64,000 nucleotides of DNA from Thermoplasmatota archaeon (GTDB lineage Archaea > Thermoplasmatota > JAKEGO01), in the NCBI GenBank assembly GCA_028279595.1, contig JANQNK010000003.1, forward strand, positions 160,001 to 224,000. The letters are read 5' to 3'. Position numbers and translations under genes: made by a program. This document shows positions 45,283 to 55,966 of the stretch, one piece after another. Positions within the stretch are counted from its first letter, which is position 1. The number at the start of each line of letters is the position of its first letter. The notes under the pieces were generated by a model that made no database searches, was not told where the DNA came from, and saw nothing but the letters and a program-made list of their open reading frames with translations.

Positions 45283-47556
45283 TCAGTCCTTCCTCGGAAG
45301 CGTCCTGCCCATCTGGAAGCCCAGGAACAGGGCGACCGCGATGGAAGCGATGGTCAGTCCGAGCATCGCGAACATCAGCCAATCGTCGGTGAAGTCATCG
45401 GAACTGTCGGGCCTTGAACGGATGTCGTCCACCTCGAACAGTTCTGTCTCAATGGTGATGTAACCGCCGGAGTACTGATCAGATGGGGGTCCGAAGTCGT
45501 ACGGCGATGTGTCACGGGAAACGGGAGCTTTCGCTACGGTGCCCGGAGCCACGCGAATGTCGACGTGGGTCGTGTACTCTATCCTCGGCTCGGGGAACTC
45601 GTCCTCGGGCCCGTCTATGAACACCTTGACCGCCTCGCCGTGTACGTTGAAGTGGGCCCAGCCGGGGCCGGACACATCCGACTCCCACACCTTGGTCCCG
45701 TCGTTGTCGAACGGCTGGGGTACCAGGTCGTTCTGTCCGTCACCGTCGAGGTCGGCCCAGACGTCGACGTTCCCCCACGTGAGCTCGTCGTAGTTGATCG
45801 GCTCCCAGTGGAACGTGACGGTGATGTGCTCCGAACCCTCGGGCAGATGGACACGGTGCGCCTGGTCGGTCGCGTAGGATCCCGCAGGCGACGTTGGATT
45901 CTGGCTCTGGTTGATGAAGTTCGCCCACTCCCCGCGCCAGGTGGTCTTCAGGATGTCCGTCGCCGACCATATCTCCTTCTTCGAGAGTATCTCTCCGTAG
46001 ATGGTCAACGCCGTGTCCACCGAAGCGTCGGGATTGTCGGGCTGACCGTCGTTGTTGTCATCCGCGGTCCTGAGCTCCTCTAGTACGAGACATACGGCTA
46101 CCGCCTTTGTGGCGTTGACAACCCCGTATCCCTGCGCGAAATCGAAGGGCTTGTCATTGATGCCGTCGTCGAACTGATCAGGGATCAGGTTGCTCCCGGT
46201 CGGCTCGATGTAGTCGGCGGTCATCTTCATTATGTACTCGGCCTCGTGGATACGGGTGTTCTCCATGGAGTCCCAGTCGTCGAATTCGTTGGTCGAGTTC
46301 GGAGTGAACTCCTCGTGATAGTCGCTGACCTTCATACTGGGAGCGGCCTGCCACATCAACGCGGCGAGTCCGGCCACGTGTGGACATGCCATGCTCGTAC
46401 CGTTGATGGCCATGTAGTACATGTCCTCGTCGATCCGCTGGTAGGTGTCCAGCCACGTGCCCCGGGGTGTCGTCGCCCATATGTTCTGGCCCGGCGCGGC
46501 AACGTCCGGGTAGGTATCGAAGTTCCCGGCCTGTCCGCGGGAGGAGAAACCCTCGATCGCATTGCCCGCCTTGGCCGCTGCGGCAACACCGATCACCGCA
46601 GGAGTGTTGGACTGACCGCTTGTGTTGATTGCACGTCCGTCACCATTGTCATTGCCGGCGGCGAAGACAACTACGACATTGTTCTCGTAGGTGAGCTTCT
46701 CCGAGATGATGCTTACAGGGGAGTCCGGATTGTACTCCTGTCCCGCGCCGCCCCATGAATTGCTGACGACCCTGATGTTGTGCGGGTTGTTCCCCGGTCT
46801 GCTGTGGTCGTAGACGAACCACAGCCCCTCGACGACCTCCCAGTTCACCGGGGTCCAGTCGCCGCCGACCCCAATGAGGTTCGCTCCTGGGGCTACACCC
46901 TTCCGCAGACCGCCGGATGCATCGCCGTTCCCAGCGACTATCCCTGCGCAGTGCGTCCCGTGGCCGTATGACGTATCGGTGTTCTCCATCTGGGTCCACG
47001 GCTCGCCAGCGCTGCTGTGCCAGTTCTCAAGGGTCTTCTCCCTGTAATCGAGGTCGGGATGACCGGCGTCGACCCCGGTGTCAACAACGGCAACGGTCAC
47101 TCCGCGTCCGTCGATGCCCAGCAACATGGCGAGGTCGTCGAGCTCCTGGTCGGGTGCCCCATCGCGGATGGGTACCCTGTTCCAGACGTCCTGCGCCCCG
47201 ATCGTGGCCGTGGACAGCTGCAGGTTCAGATGGACCGGATAGTTGTGCTCCATCCACTTGACCGCGTCGAGACCGCTGACCGCGAGCAAACCGTCCTTAT
47301 CACCCGAGATGAGCATTGCGCCGAGTTCATCGATCGTGTCCAGGACCCGAACGTCCACGCTGTAAACGGAATCCATCTCACCCGGATCCGAGAACATGAC
47401 CACGACCTCCTCTCGGTCGCCGGGTCCCATGTCGTGGATGATCTCGATGAGATTTGGGTCGATGACGGAGAGCTCGACGTCCGTCTCGGCTGTGGTCGAG
47501 ACCGGTATGAGAACGGTCGATATCAGCAGGATTGCTATGAACGGAGCGGCCTTCAT
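45283..47556 (-). CDS. Membrane-anchored S8 (subtilisin-like) serine protease
   Basis: VVDTG, HGTHCAG, AAGN, GTSMACPHVAG; start taken at ATG 47556. Confidence 0.92.
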   Translation of the reverse strand: MKAAPFIAILLISTVLIPVSTTAETDVELSVIDPNLIEIIHDMGPGDREEVVVMFSDPGEMDSVYSVDVRVLDTIDELGAMLISGDKDGLLAVSGLDAVKWMEHNYPVHLNLQLSTATIGAQDVWNRVPIRDGAPDQELDDLAMLLGIDGRGVTVAVVDTGVDAGHPDLDYREKTLENWHSSAGEPWTQMENTDTSYGHGTHCAGIVAGNGDASGGLRKGVAPGANLIGVGGDWTPVNWEVVEGLWFVYDHSRPGNNPHNIRVVSNSWGGAGQEYNPDSPVSIISEKLTYENNVVVVFAAGNDNGDGRAINTSGQSNTPAVIGVAAAAKAGNAIEGFSSRGQAGNFDTYPDVAAPGQNIWATTPRGTWLDTYQRIDEDMYYMAINGTSMACPHVAGLAALMWQAAPSMKVSDYHEEFTPNSTNEFDDWDSMENTRIHEAEYIMKMTADYIEPTGSNLIPDQFDDGINDKPFDFAQGYGVVNATKAVAVCLVLEELRTADDNNDGQPDNPDASVDTALTIYGEILSKKEIWSATDILKTTWRGEWANFINQSQNPTSPAGSYATDQAHRVHLPEGSEHITVTFHWEPINYDELTWGNVDVWADLDGDGQNDLVPQPFDNDGTKVWESDVSGPGWAHFNVHGEAVKVFIDGPEDEFPEPRIEYTTHVDIRVAPGTVAKAPVSRDTSPYDFGPPSDQYSGGYITIETELFEVDDIRSRPDSSDDFTDDWLMFAMLGLTIASIAVALFLGFQMGRTLPRKD

Positions 47557-47639
47557 CGTCGGAATTATGGTCACTGAATATTTAAGATTGGCGCCTTCAT
47601 GCAATTGGGATGCTGGGTGGTGCGGTATGATCTGGGCCA

Positions 47640-49127
47640 CTAGGGCGGCTGTACGGATCCCCTCGGTCCAGTCTCGGGCATGTCGGGGACCATCGGCAGG
47701 GCGATAGTGACCTTGGTCCCTTCGTCCACGGCGCTCTCTATCGAGAGCCGTCCGTAGTTACGCTCGACCATGTCCCTGACCATCGCGAGACCGCTGCTGG
47801 TCGGATCCTCCGCGCTGGTGGCATAGGGGTCCAGTGCGCTCCTCAGCTTCTCGCTGGATATCCCGGAACCCTCGTCAGAGATCATCACCTTCAGGTAGGA
47901 GCCCTCCGGAAGCTCCATCTTGACCCTCTCGATCTCCTCGAGGTCCTTGAGCTGTATGGATATTGAACCACCCCCCTCCATCGCCTCGATGGCATTGTCC
48001 ACCAGGGTTATCAGGGTCGACTGCAGATCGACGGCGCTCGCGTACACCCGGTACTCCCCTGGGTCGGCCTCGAATGATATCTGCACGTTGTCCGGCAGTC
48101 CCATCCTCATCATCTTGACCGTACCCTTCATGAGGATCAGGAGACTGTGCTCCGATGCTGACTCCGAGGTCATTCCCGTGACGTCGAGGACCTGGTTCAC
48201 GAGCCTCGAGCATCGCTTGCCTCCGGTGTATATCTCACGTAGCCACTCACGCATCTCCTCGTCCTCGAGCTTGGTGTAAACGAGCTGTGAGGCGCCGATG
48301 ATCATGTTGAGGATGTTGTTGACCTCGTGGGCAAGGCCCATTCCCATTGCGGACATCGCGTCGAGCTTCTGGGCCCTCCGGGCCTCCTTCTCGAGGACCC
48401 GGTGTTCGGTGACGTCCTGTGCAAGCCCCATGATCGAAGGCTCGCCGTGGTATGTAACGCCTGTCGTCGTGATCTTGACCATCCTGTACCCCTCGCGGGT
48501 CTTCATGCGGATCTCGGAGTTGGGTGTCTCGCCCTTGACCGCCCGCTCGTACAGGTCCTGCATCTTCTCCCTGTCGGCCGAGTGGATGGTGTCGGTGAAG
48601 TAGAGGCCTTCGAGCTCGGACCTGTCGGTCTCGAGGATCCGTTCCATGCTCTGGTTGGCATAGCGGAACTTGCCCTTCTGGAGCATGAAGATGCCGGAGG
48701 GATTGTGCTCGGCGAGGGTCCTGTAGACCTCCTCGCTGGCTTTCAGCCTCGCCTCCATCTTGTGCCTGTAGAGGGCCATCTGTATGGTGGTGTGGAGCTC
48801 CCGTCCCTCGAAGGGCTTCAGAAGATATCCGTAGGGGCTGGTCTCCCTCGCCTTCTCGACGGTTGCGTTGTCGGAATAGGCGGTCAGGTAGACTATCGGG
48901 ATGTCGACCTTGGAACGTATCTCACCCGCGGTCGCGAACCCGTCCATCTCCCCCTTGAGCTTGATGTCCATCAGGATGATGTCAGGTCTGTCGGACAACG
49001 CGGTGTCGACGGCGAGGGCGCCGCTGGACGATATTCCGGTGACCTCGTAACCCATGTTGATGAGGCTCCGCTTGATGTCCTCTGCGACGATCCTCTCGTC
49101 CTCGACGATCATTACCCTGGTTTCCAT
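47640..49127 (-). CDS. REC-PAS-HisKA-HATPase hybrid with degenerate G2 box
   Basis: REC (ILMD), PAS, AHEVNN H-box, DEGSG. Confidence 0.85.
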   Translation of the reverse strand: METRVMIVEDERIVAEDIKRSLINMGYEVTGISSSGALAVDTALSDRPDIILMDIKLKGEMDGFATAGEIRSKVDIPIVYLTAYSDNATVEKARETSPYGYLLKPFEGRELHTTIQMALYRHKMEARLKASEEVYRTLAEHNPSGIFMLQKGKFRYANQSMERILETDRSELEGLYFTDTIHSADREKMQDLYERAVKGETPNSEIRMKTREGYRMVKITTTGVTYHGEPSIMGLAQDVTEHRVLEKEARRAQKLDAMSAMGMGLAHEVNNILNMIIGASQLVYTKLEDEEMREWLREIYTGGKRCSRLVNQVLDVTGMTSESASEHSLLILMKGTVKMMRMGLPDNVQISFEADPGEYRVYASAVDLQSTLITLVDNAIEAMEGGGSISIQLKDLEEIERVKMELPEGSYLKVMISDEGSGISSEKLRSALDPYATSAEDPTSSGLAMVRDMVERNYGRLSIESAVDEGTKVTIALPMVPDMPETGPRGSVQPP

Positions 49128-49200
49128 CCACTCACCGGTCGATATTCATGGTTAGACCGCGATACTATCGATTGCCCCGCATCTGATCTCTGCTGCTTCC

Positions 49201-49902
49201 TCACTTGGCGATCGTGATGCCGCCAGCGCCTATGTCATACGTCATGAGTTCGGTCGGCGTCGGCGTGTTCCGCATCTTGATGATGTCCATCGCGCGCTCC
49301 CTGTTCCCCGTGTACGGATTGTCGCGCTTCTGCAGGCGTATGGCCCCGTGGGCCCAGAAGAGCGCCATGTCATTGAACTCCTTGGAGGTCGCGCTGTCGA
49401 TAATGACGAGGGCTGTAATCCCTTTCCGCTTGAGGCCGTGGATGAGGAGGCCGAACTGGTCCTTGAAGTCCTGGACCGTGAGGTTCGCCGTGTAGCTGCC
49501 GAGGCTGTCAATGACGACCGCCTTCGTTCCCTCCGGGAGGTCCTGGAGGATCCCGACGAAGTTGCCCTTCCTGGCCTCGTGGGTGATGATCATTGCCATC
49601 TCCATCTCGATGTCGTCGAGGGTGGCAAGGTCCATGAAGTTCAATGTGCCGGCGTCCTTCGGGCCCTTGAGGTCCCACTCGAACGATTCCGCCTGCGCTA
49701 TGAGGTCGTTCGGGTCCTCCTCGCTGGCCATGTAGACGGTGTTCAGCCCCGCCTTCATGCATGCATTGACGAATTGGAGGCAGAATATGGTCTTTCCCGC
49801 TCCTGCGTTCCCAGTCACCACGATCGTCCTGCCAACCGGAAATCCGCCGAGCGCCTCATCGATGCCCTCTATCCCCGTCGATATCCTGTCCATCTTCCAC
49901 AC
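49201..49902 (-). CDS. Single-domain KaiC/RAD55-like ATPase
   Basis: STGIEGID..LGGFP, GNAGAGKT, SEE, VVIDS, IIKMR. Confidence 0.88.
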   Translation of the reverse strand: MWKMDRISTGIEGIDEALGGFPVGRTIVVTGNAGAGKTIFCLQFVNACMKAGLNTVYMASEEDPNDLIAQAESFEWDLKGPKDAGTLNFMDLATLDDIEMEMAMIITHEARKGNFVGILQDLPEGTKAVVIDSLGSYTANLTVQDFKDQFGLLIHGLKRKGITALVIIDSATSKEFNDMALFWAHGAIRLQKRDNPYTGNRERAMDIIKMRNTPTPTELMTYDIGAGGITIAK

Positions 49903-49930
49903 ACTCCGTCAAACCGTTATCCGTTCCTTC

Positions 49931-51145
49931 CTATTTATCCTTCGTGCTGATGTTGTACTCGAAGCTGCAGGTGTCCGCTCCGCCGGCGATGGTGGTCTTG
50001 TGTGCCACCGACACCTTCTCGTCCGTCCATCCCGCGCTCCTCATGACCATGGTCCGGCACACGAGGCAGAACACAGGGTTCCCCCGTGCCTCCTCTACCC
50101 ACGGACATGCCTTGAAATGCAGTTCATCACCGACCATCTCGGTCTCGATGCCGACGTCCTGGAACAGCGTGGCTATCCATCCCTGAAGGCACTGGAAGTC
50201 GGGAAGCTGTTCCGATCCCTCTTCAAGGGAGCAAACCGAATCCTCGAGGAATCGGGGCCTCATCTGGGCCTCGAAGCGCTCCGCGAAGCTCTTGATGAGC
50301 TCGTCCCGGACCTTTGCGGGGACGCTGCCAGCGAATACCGGCAGGGCGCTGATGAGGAATCCATAGACCTCTCCCTTGGCCTTCTCGCGCTCTAGCGCTT
50401 CCGCCTTCTTCCGTTCCGTGATGTCCCTGAAGAACCCTCTGGTCAGGACGACCTGACCGTCCTTCACGAGCGCATTGACGTTCCCCTCGACGGTTATCCG
50501 GTCCCCATCCTTGGTCATGAACTCGGTCTCGATACCGGCGAGGGGACTGCCCGACATGACCTCCTTGAACATCACCATGCATTCCTCGCGATGATCGGGG
50601 CAAATGATGTCGAATACGTTCAGACCGGGTAGGTCCTCATCGGCAAATCCCAGGGTCTCCTTCCATGCCCGGTTCACATGGATGATCTCACCCTGTGGAC
50701 CGACCTGCTGGATCAGGTCCATCGAATTGTCGAAGAGGTCCCGCAGATGGGCCTCGCTCTCTCGGAGATCCGTCTCGAGCTTGTGCTTGTGGAGGGCCAT
50801 CTCGATGTTCGTGTGGAGTTCCCTCTCCTCGAAGGGTTTGAGTATGTACCCGAACGGATCGGTCAATTTTGCCCTTGATAGTGTATCGTCATCCGAGTAT
50901 GCGGTGAGGTAGACGATCGGTATGTCCATCCTCTCGCGGATACGCTCGGCCGCTTCGACGCCGTCGATGTCGCCCTTGAGGACTATGTCCATCAGGACCA
51001 GGTCGGGTCCCTTGTCGATGGCCAGGGCGACTGCGTCGTCACCCGTGGCGGCCGCACCCACGATGTCGTATCCGAGCGCCTCCAGGGTCGACTGGATGTC
51101 CATCGAGACTATGCTCTCGTCCTCGACGACCAGGATCCCGGTCAT
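49931..51145 (-). CDS. REC-PAS protein with V4R/MetOD1-like output domain
   Basis: REC, PAS, C-terminal CPW...FCLVC...TIAGGADTCSF. Confidence 0.8.
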   Translation of the reverse strand: MTGILVVEDESIVSMDIQSTLEALGYDIVGAAATGDDAVALAIDKGPDLVLMDIVLKGDIDGVEAAERIRERMDIPIVYLTAYSDDDTLSRAKLTDPFGYILKPFEERELHTNIEMALHKHKLETDLRESEAHLRDLFDNSMDLIQQVGPQGEIIHVNRAWKETLGFADEDLPGLNVFDIICPDHREECMVMFKEVMSGSPLAGIETEFMTKDGDRITVEGNVNALVKDGQVVLTRGFFRDITERKKAEALEREKAKGEVYGFLISALPVFAGSVPAKVRDELIKSFAERFEAQMRPRFLEDSVCSLEEGSEQLPDFQCLQGWIATLFQDVGIETEMVGDELHFKACPWVEEARGNPVFCLVCRTMVMRSAGWTDEKVSVAHKTTIAGGADTCSFEYNISTKDK

Positions 51146-52197
51146 TGACCCTCACTCCTCTTCTTCGACTTCTGCTCCTGGAACTCAACGGTGAACTTCG
51201 TCCCATCTGAGCTGTCGATATCGATGGTCCCGTCGAGCTGGTCCACGAGCGTGTTCACCAGCTGCATTCCGAGTGAGTCGGTAGAAGCGAAGTCGAAATC
51301 GTCCGGCAGGCCCACGCCGTCGTCCGCCACCCTGAGCATGTATCCGCCGTTGGTGCTGGCCAGGGTGATGAAGATCGTCCCCTTACGATCGTCGGGGAAC
51401 GCGTACTTGAAGGAGTTGGAGGCCATCTCCGTTATCATGAGACCGCAGGGAATGCCCGTCTCCACGTTCAGGTTGATGTCCTCGATGTTCATCTCGATGG
51501 CGACGTTCTTCGACGTTGCCGAGTAGGTCCTGCGGAGCTGGTTGATGAGGGTCCTCGTGTAGTCCGAGAAATCGATGGACTCGAGGTCGTCGGACCGATA
51601 GAGACGCTCATGGACGAGCGCCATGGACTTGACGCGGTTCTGGCTCTCCCTGAAGATGTCGAGGACGACCTCGTCCTCGATGAAGCGTGATTGTAACTGT
51701 AACAGGCTGGAAACGATCTGGAGGTTGTTCTTGACCCTGTGATGGATCTCCTTGAGGAGCCAGATCTTCTCCTCCAGGGATCTCTTGATCTGCTCTTCCG
51801 CCTTCTGCCGCTCGATGCCGTACCTGATGGCCTTCACCAGCAGGGCCCCGTCGGCCTTCCCCTTGACGATGTAATCCTGCGCCCCCTCGCGCATGGCCCT
51901 CAAGGCTATCGTCTCGTCGTCGAGTCCGGTCATCACGATGATCGCGGTCGACGGCGCATGCGCATTCATGACGAGGAACGTGTCGAAACCGCTCGAATCT
52001 GGAAGTGTGAGGTCTAGGAGTATCAGATCGAACTTCTCGTCGTTGATGAGGTCGATGCCCTCCTTCAGCGTCTCGACCCTCTGGAGGTCGATGCTCGTGG
52101 CACCAACCTCGAGTAGCATCTCCTGCATCAGCCGGGCGTCGCCCGGATTGTCCTCGACCAACAGGACCTTCGTGGTTAGGTCATCCATCTCCGTCAC
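51142..52197 (-). CDS. REC-HisKA_2 histidine kinase
   Basis: REC, then [30 protein letters not shown]. Confidence 0.9.
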   Translation of the reverse strand: MTEMDDLTTKVLLVEDNPGDARLMQEMLLEVGATSIDLQRVETLKEGIDLINDEKFDLILLDLTLPDSSGFDTFLVMNAHAPSTAIIVMTGLDDETIALRAMREGAQDYIVKGKADGALLVKAIRYGIERQKAEEQIKRSLEEKIWLLKEIHHRVKNNLQIVSSLLQLQSRFIEDEVVLDIFRESQNRVKSMALVHERLYRSDDLESIDFSDYTRTLINQLRRTYSATSKNVAIEMNIEDINLNVETGIPCGLMITEMASNSFKYAFPDDRKGTIFITLASTNGGYMLRVADDGVGLPDDFDFASTDSLGMQLVNTLVDQLDGTIDIDSSDGTKFTVEFQEQKSKKRSEGQ

Positions 52198-52672
52198 CGC
52201 GCGGGAGCTTCACCAGCGTGAGCCAGAAGTTCTCGATCGATTTCACGACCTCCATGAACTGTCCGAGATCCACCGGCTTCGTGATGTAGCAGTTTGCATG
52301 ATGATCGTACGTGTTCAGGATGTCCTCCTCCGCCTTCGATGTCGTGAGGATGACCACGGGGATCAGCTTGAGGTCGTCGTCCGCCTTGACCTCCGCCAGG
52401 ACCTCCCTGCCGTCCTTCTTCGGAAGGTTCAGGTCGAGAAGGACGATGTCGGGACGGGGCTTCTCTGCGTACTTCCCCTCCTTCCTGAGGTACTCCATGG
52501 CCTTCTGTCCGTCGTCAACGACGTTCAGATTGGTGCGCACCTTCCCATCCTTGAACGCCTCCAAGGTGAGGCGCGCGTCCCCGGGATTGTCCTCCACAAG
52601 CAATATCTCAACGGTCTCTCCCATCTTGTTCACTGCCATCATCTCTCCCTCGAAGCTCTCTCCATCCATCAT
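52181..52672 (-). CDS. Stand-alone response regulator (Rcp1-like)
   Basis: [28 protein letters not shown]. Confidence 0.92.
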   Translation of the reverse strand: MMDGESFEGEMMAVNKMGETVEILLVEDNPGDARLTLEAFKDGKVRTNLNVVDDGQKAMEYLRKEGKYAEKPRPDIVLLDLNLPKKDGREVLAEVKADDDLKLIPVVILTTSKAEEDILNTYDHHANCYITKPVDLGQFMEVVKSIENFWLTLVKLPRGDGDG

Positions 52673-55600
52673 GGCGTCTCACTCCTGTTAATCGGGAAGG
52701 TGAAATTAAAGGTTGCGCCCTCGCCGGGCTCGGACTCGACCCAGATCTCCCCACCGTGTCTTTCCACTATCCGCTTGCACACCGCCAGACCGATCCCGGT
52801 GCCCTCGTACTCCTCCCGGCCATGAAGCCTCTGGAAGATGACGAATATGCGCTCCTTGTACTCCGGATCGATGCCTATGCCGTTGTCCTTGACGGATATC
52901 TTCCACATCCTCTCTTCCTGCTCCACTCCCACGTGTATCTTCGGCGAAGAGTCGCCGCGGAACTTGATCGCGTTGGCCATCAGGTTCTGCATGAGCTGCG
53001 CGAGCTGCGACGGGTCTCCCGAGATGGGAGGGAGGTCATCGTGGGTGATCTCGGCACCGCTCTCCTCTATAGCTATCTTGAGGTTCGCGGTGGCGATGTC
53101 GAATATCTTCTGGAGTTCGAGGGGTTCGAACGGCTTTCCCCTCGTATTGACGCGTGAGTATTGAAGCAGGTCGTTGATGAGCGTCTGCATCCGCTTCGCT
53201 CCGTCCACGGCGTACTCGATGAACTCGTCGGCGTCGTCGTCAAGCTTGCCCTTGTACCGGCGTTCGAGGAGCTGGACATAGCTGGCGACCATCCTCAATG
53301 GTTCCTGCAGGTCGTGGGAGGCCACGTAGGCGAACTGCTCCAGTTCCTTGTTGCTTCGCTCCAGCGCCTTCGCGTAGTCCTGGACGTCATGCTCCACCTG
53401 ACGCCTGAGCGTGATGTCCCTGACGGCTCCGAGCTCGGCGTAGTCGCCGTCGAACATGATGTTGGATACCGAGAACTCGCAGTACCTAACGTTCTTTCGA
53501 CGTGTCATGATGCGCGCCTCGTAGGTGTGGGGGGCGCCCTTCCCCTCACGCCGCGCCTTGGTGACCTCCTCAATGACCTCGCGGTCCTCGGGGTGTATGA
53601 GATCGAGCATGCTCATCTCCATGAGCTCCTTGGTGTTGTACTCGGTGATGTCGCAGACCCTCTCGTTGATGAAGACCAGTCCGCCGATGGCCTCGATGTA
53701 GACCCCGTCGTGGCTCCTCTCGACGAGGGTCCTGTACTTCTCCTCGCTCTCCCGGATGGCCTCCTCGACCTTCCGTCTCGCGCTTATGTCCCTTGCGATA
53801 CCCTGGATCGCTACCGGGACCCCTCCCTTCAGGACGAGCGATGACATGACCTCGACCCAGACACGGCTGCCGTCCTTGCGCTTGAGCCTGAACTCCACAG
53901 GGTCCCGCTGATAACCGACCTTCATCAGCTCCTCCACGGTCCCGAACGCCTTCTCGAGGTCCTCCTCCTCGAGCAGGGTAGCAAAGTTCACTCCGCCGAT
54001 CTCCTCCTTCCTGTATCCTGTAAGGTCCTGGGCCGCCTGGTTGGCGTCTATGAAGTGACCCTCGAAATCGCTAGTGTAAACGGCGTCCATCGAGCCGTCG
54101 AAGAGGGACCTGTACCTGTCCTCCATGTCCTTGATCGCGATCTGTGCCTGCCTTCTCTGAATTGCGACCGAGGCCTGGTTGATCAATGCCTCGATGAGCT
54201 CCAGGTCCTCGAGCTCGTTCTTCCTCTTCGGTATGATAATAACTGAACCGAACTGCTTTCCCTCGTTGATTATCCCCATCTCGTAGATGCTCCTGATCCC
54301 CATCATCCTGCCGCCGGTATTGATCACGGATGCAGGCAGGACACCGCTCGTCAATGCGGCGAGGTCCCCCTCCAGTTTCTTCAGATGGGGTCTGTCACCC
54401 TTGAACCTGGCTTCATCGGTCAACGGGAACTCCATCCCGACGATGTCCTTCCCGATGAGCTTCAACGCCTTACGCGCCTTATCATCGATCCCGTGGACGG
54501 ACCTTATGACCATGGCGTCCTTCCTATCATCATAGAAGAGCATGAAGATGTATCCCTTGCCGATCTGTTCGAGGACCTTGTCCCCGATGAACTCGAAGAT
54601 GTCGTACTCCATGGGAAGGTCGGCGTACTCGACGGTCATCTGCGAAAGCAGTGCCATATCGTGGAAGTACTTCCTCTCCTTCTCCTGGGTCTTTCGCCTC
54701 TCCGTGACGTCCCGCCCCAGCATGACCAGGCCCTGGACGTTCCCGGACGCGTCCCTGATCACCGAGGTCGTGAAGGAGACGGGTATCGATCTACCGCCAG
54801 GTCGCATGATGCTGGCATCGAGGTACTTCTTCGCGTCCTTTCCGACGACCTGCTTGTACCATCTCTCGCCAAGGGCCTTCCCGTCGCTGCCGGTGAATAT
54901 CTTGGTCATCGGCATCCCGATGAGGTACCGCTCGGTCATCCCGGTGAGCCTGCTAGCGGCCTTGTTGACCTTGACGATCGTCCCTGTGCTGTCGACGAGG
55001 AAGAGCGAATCCGACATGTTCCTTGTGATGTTCCCGGCGGCTGTCGCGGGATTGATGTTGAAGAGGCCGTACTTCGATATCCCGTATGCGATGAAGAAGT
55101 TACCGAAGGTGAACGACGTTATCTGCATCTCCGGATAACGGCTTCCCGCCAGCATCTGGCCGATGGATGAGAAGCTTCCGAAGAGGATCGGGACCACGAG
55201 GCCCACGGTCACGAACTTCGCCTGCCCTTTCTTTTCCGCATCCTCCTGCTTCAGGTAATAACTGAGGCAGAGGTAGAGTGCGAGGAAGCTCATGAGGACG
55301 GCCCAAATGGGAATGACCGCTCCGATGATCGGGTCCCCCATGCTCTCGTAGGTCCATCCCCAGTAATACTTATCGGGGCGTCCCATGAACTCATCCATGA
55401 ACAGGCCGAACGACGACAGGATGAAGGCGGGACCGTAGATCAGGACGTATGAGAGCCTGCTTTTGAGGAATTCGGTCGATTCCGTGTAGACCAGTGCGAA
55501 ATTCAGGAGGAGCGCGACGGCGAAGGGCCACAGTGTATAGGCCTTCAACCAGAATTCCGCCATCTCGTAATCCCCGGCTATCCTGAGCTGGAACTCGATG

Positions 55601-55752
55601 AATGCGAAGGCGGCGATCGTCAATGAGAGGATCGCGAACATCCGGCTCTTCTGATCGCTCGAATTCCTCAGTACGATATGGGCGACGAACGCCGAGACGA
55701 CGAACGCGTTGAACGAGAGGTATGCATAGATGTTCAGTTGCGCCCCCTCCAT
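52669..55752 (-). CDS. 7TM-PAS-GAF-like-PAS-PAS histidine kinase (Cph1-type kinase core)
   Basis: N-terminal TM region, PAS repeats, [25 protein letters not shown]. Confidence 0.9.
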   Translation of the reverse strand: MEGAQLNIYAYLSFNAFVVSAFVAHIVLRNSSDQKSRMFAILSLTIAAFAFIEFQLRIAGDYEMAEFWLKAYTLWPFAVALLLNFALVYTESTEFLKSRLSYVLIYGPAFILSSFGLFMDEFMGRPDKYYWGWTYESMGDPIIGAVIPIWAVLMSFLALYLCLSYYLKQEDAEKKGQAKFVTVGLVVPILFGSFSSIGQMLAGSRYPEMQITSFTFGNFFIAYGISKYGLFNINPATAAGNITRNMSDSLFLVDSTGTIVKVNKAASRLTGMTERYLIGMPMTKIFTGSDGKALGERWYKQVVGKDAKKYLDASIMRPGGRSIPVSFTTSVIRDASGNVQGLVMLGRDVTERRKTQEKERKYFHDMALLSQMTVEYADLPMEYDIFEFIGDKVLEQIGKGYIFMLFYDDRKDAMVIRSVHGIDDKARKALKLIGKDIVGMEFPLTDEARFKGDRPHLKKLEGDLAALTSGVLPASVINTGGRMMGIRSIYEMGIINEGKQFGSVIIIPKRKNELEDLELIEALINQASVAIQRRQAQIAIKDMEDRYRSLFDGSMDAVYTSDFEGHFIDANQAAQDLTGYRKEEIGGVNFATLLEEEDLEKAFGTVEELMKVGYQRDPVEFRLKRKDGSRVWVEVMSSLVLKGGVPVAIQGIARDISARRKVEEAIRESEEKYRTLVERSHDGVYIEAIGGLVFINERVCDITEYNTKELMEMSMLDLIHPEDREVIEEVTKARREGKGAPHTYEARIMTRRKNVRYCEFSVSNIMFDGDYAELGAVRDITLRRQVEHDVQDYAKALERSNKELEQFAYVASHDLQEPLRMVASYVQLLERRYKGKLDDDADEFIEYAVDGAKRMQTLINDLLQYSRVNTRGKPFEPLELQKIFDIATANLKIAIEESGAEITHDDLPPISGDPSQLAQLMQNLMANAIKFRGDSSPKIHVGVEQEERMWKISVKDNGIGIDPEYKERIFVIFQRLHGREEYEGTGIGLAVCKRIVERHGGEIWVESEPGEGATFNFTFPINRSETP

Positions 55753-55966
55753 ACTAGGGAGCCATGAACGATACCTCTGGATGGACCGTGTCCGGAAAAT
55801 TCGGTTCCACCAGCGTCATAGCGCTTTCGTCCCACCGACTCCACCGCTCAACGAATGTCCCTGTATACTATATATGTGTTATGTGCTCGTAACCCTTGTA
55901 TTCCTGCAAATAACCACGGTCCTTTATATATGAAACAGGACCGTCGATATCTCGGTTCGACGGTGT

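Noticed and set aside
55754-55819. 21-codon upstream ORF ending in TAG before the 7TM kinase (pyrrolysine readthrough)
   Set aside because: Out of frame with the kinase; no supporting evidence.
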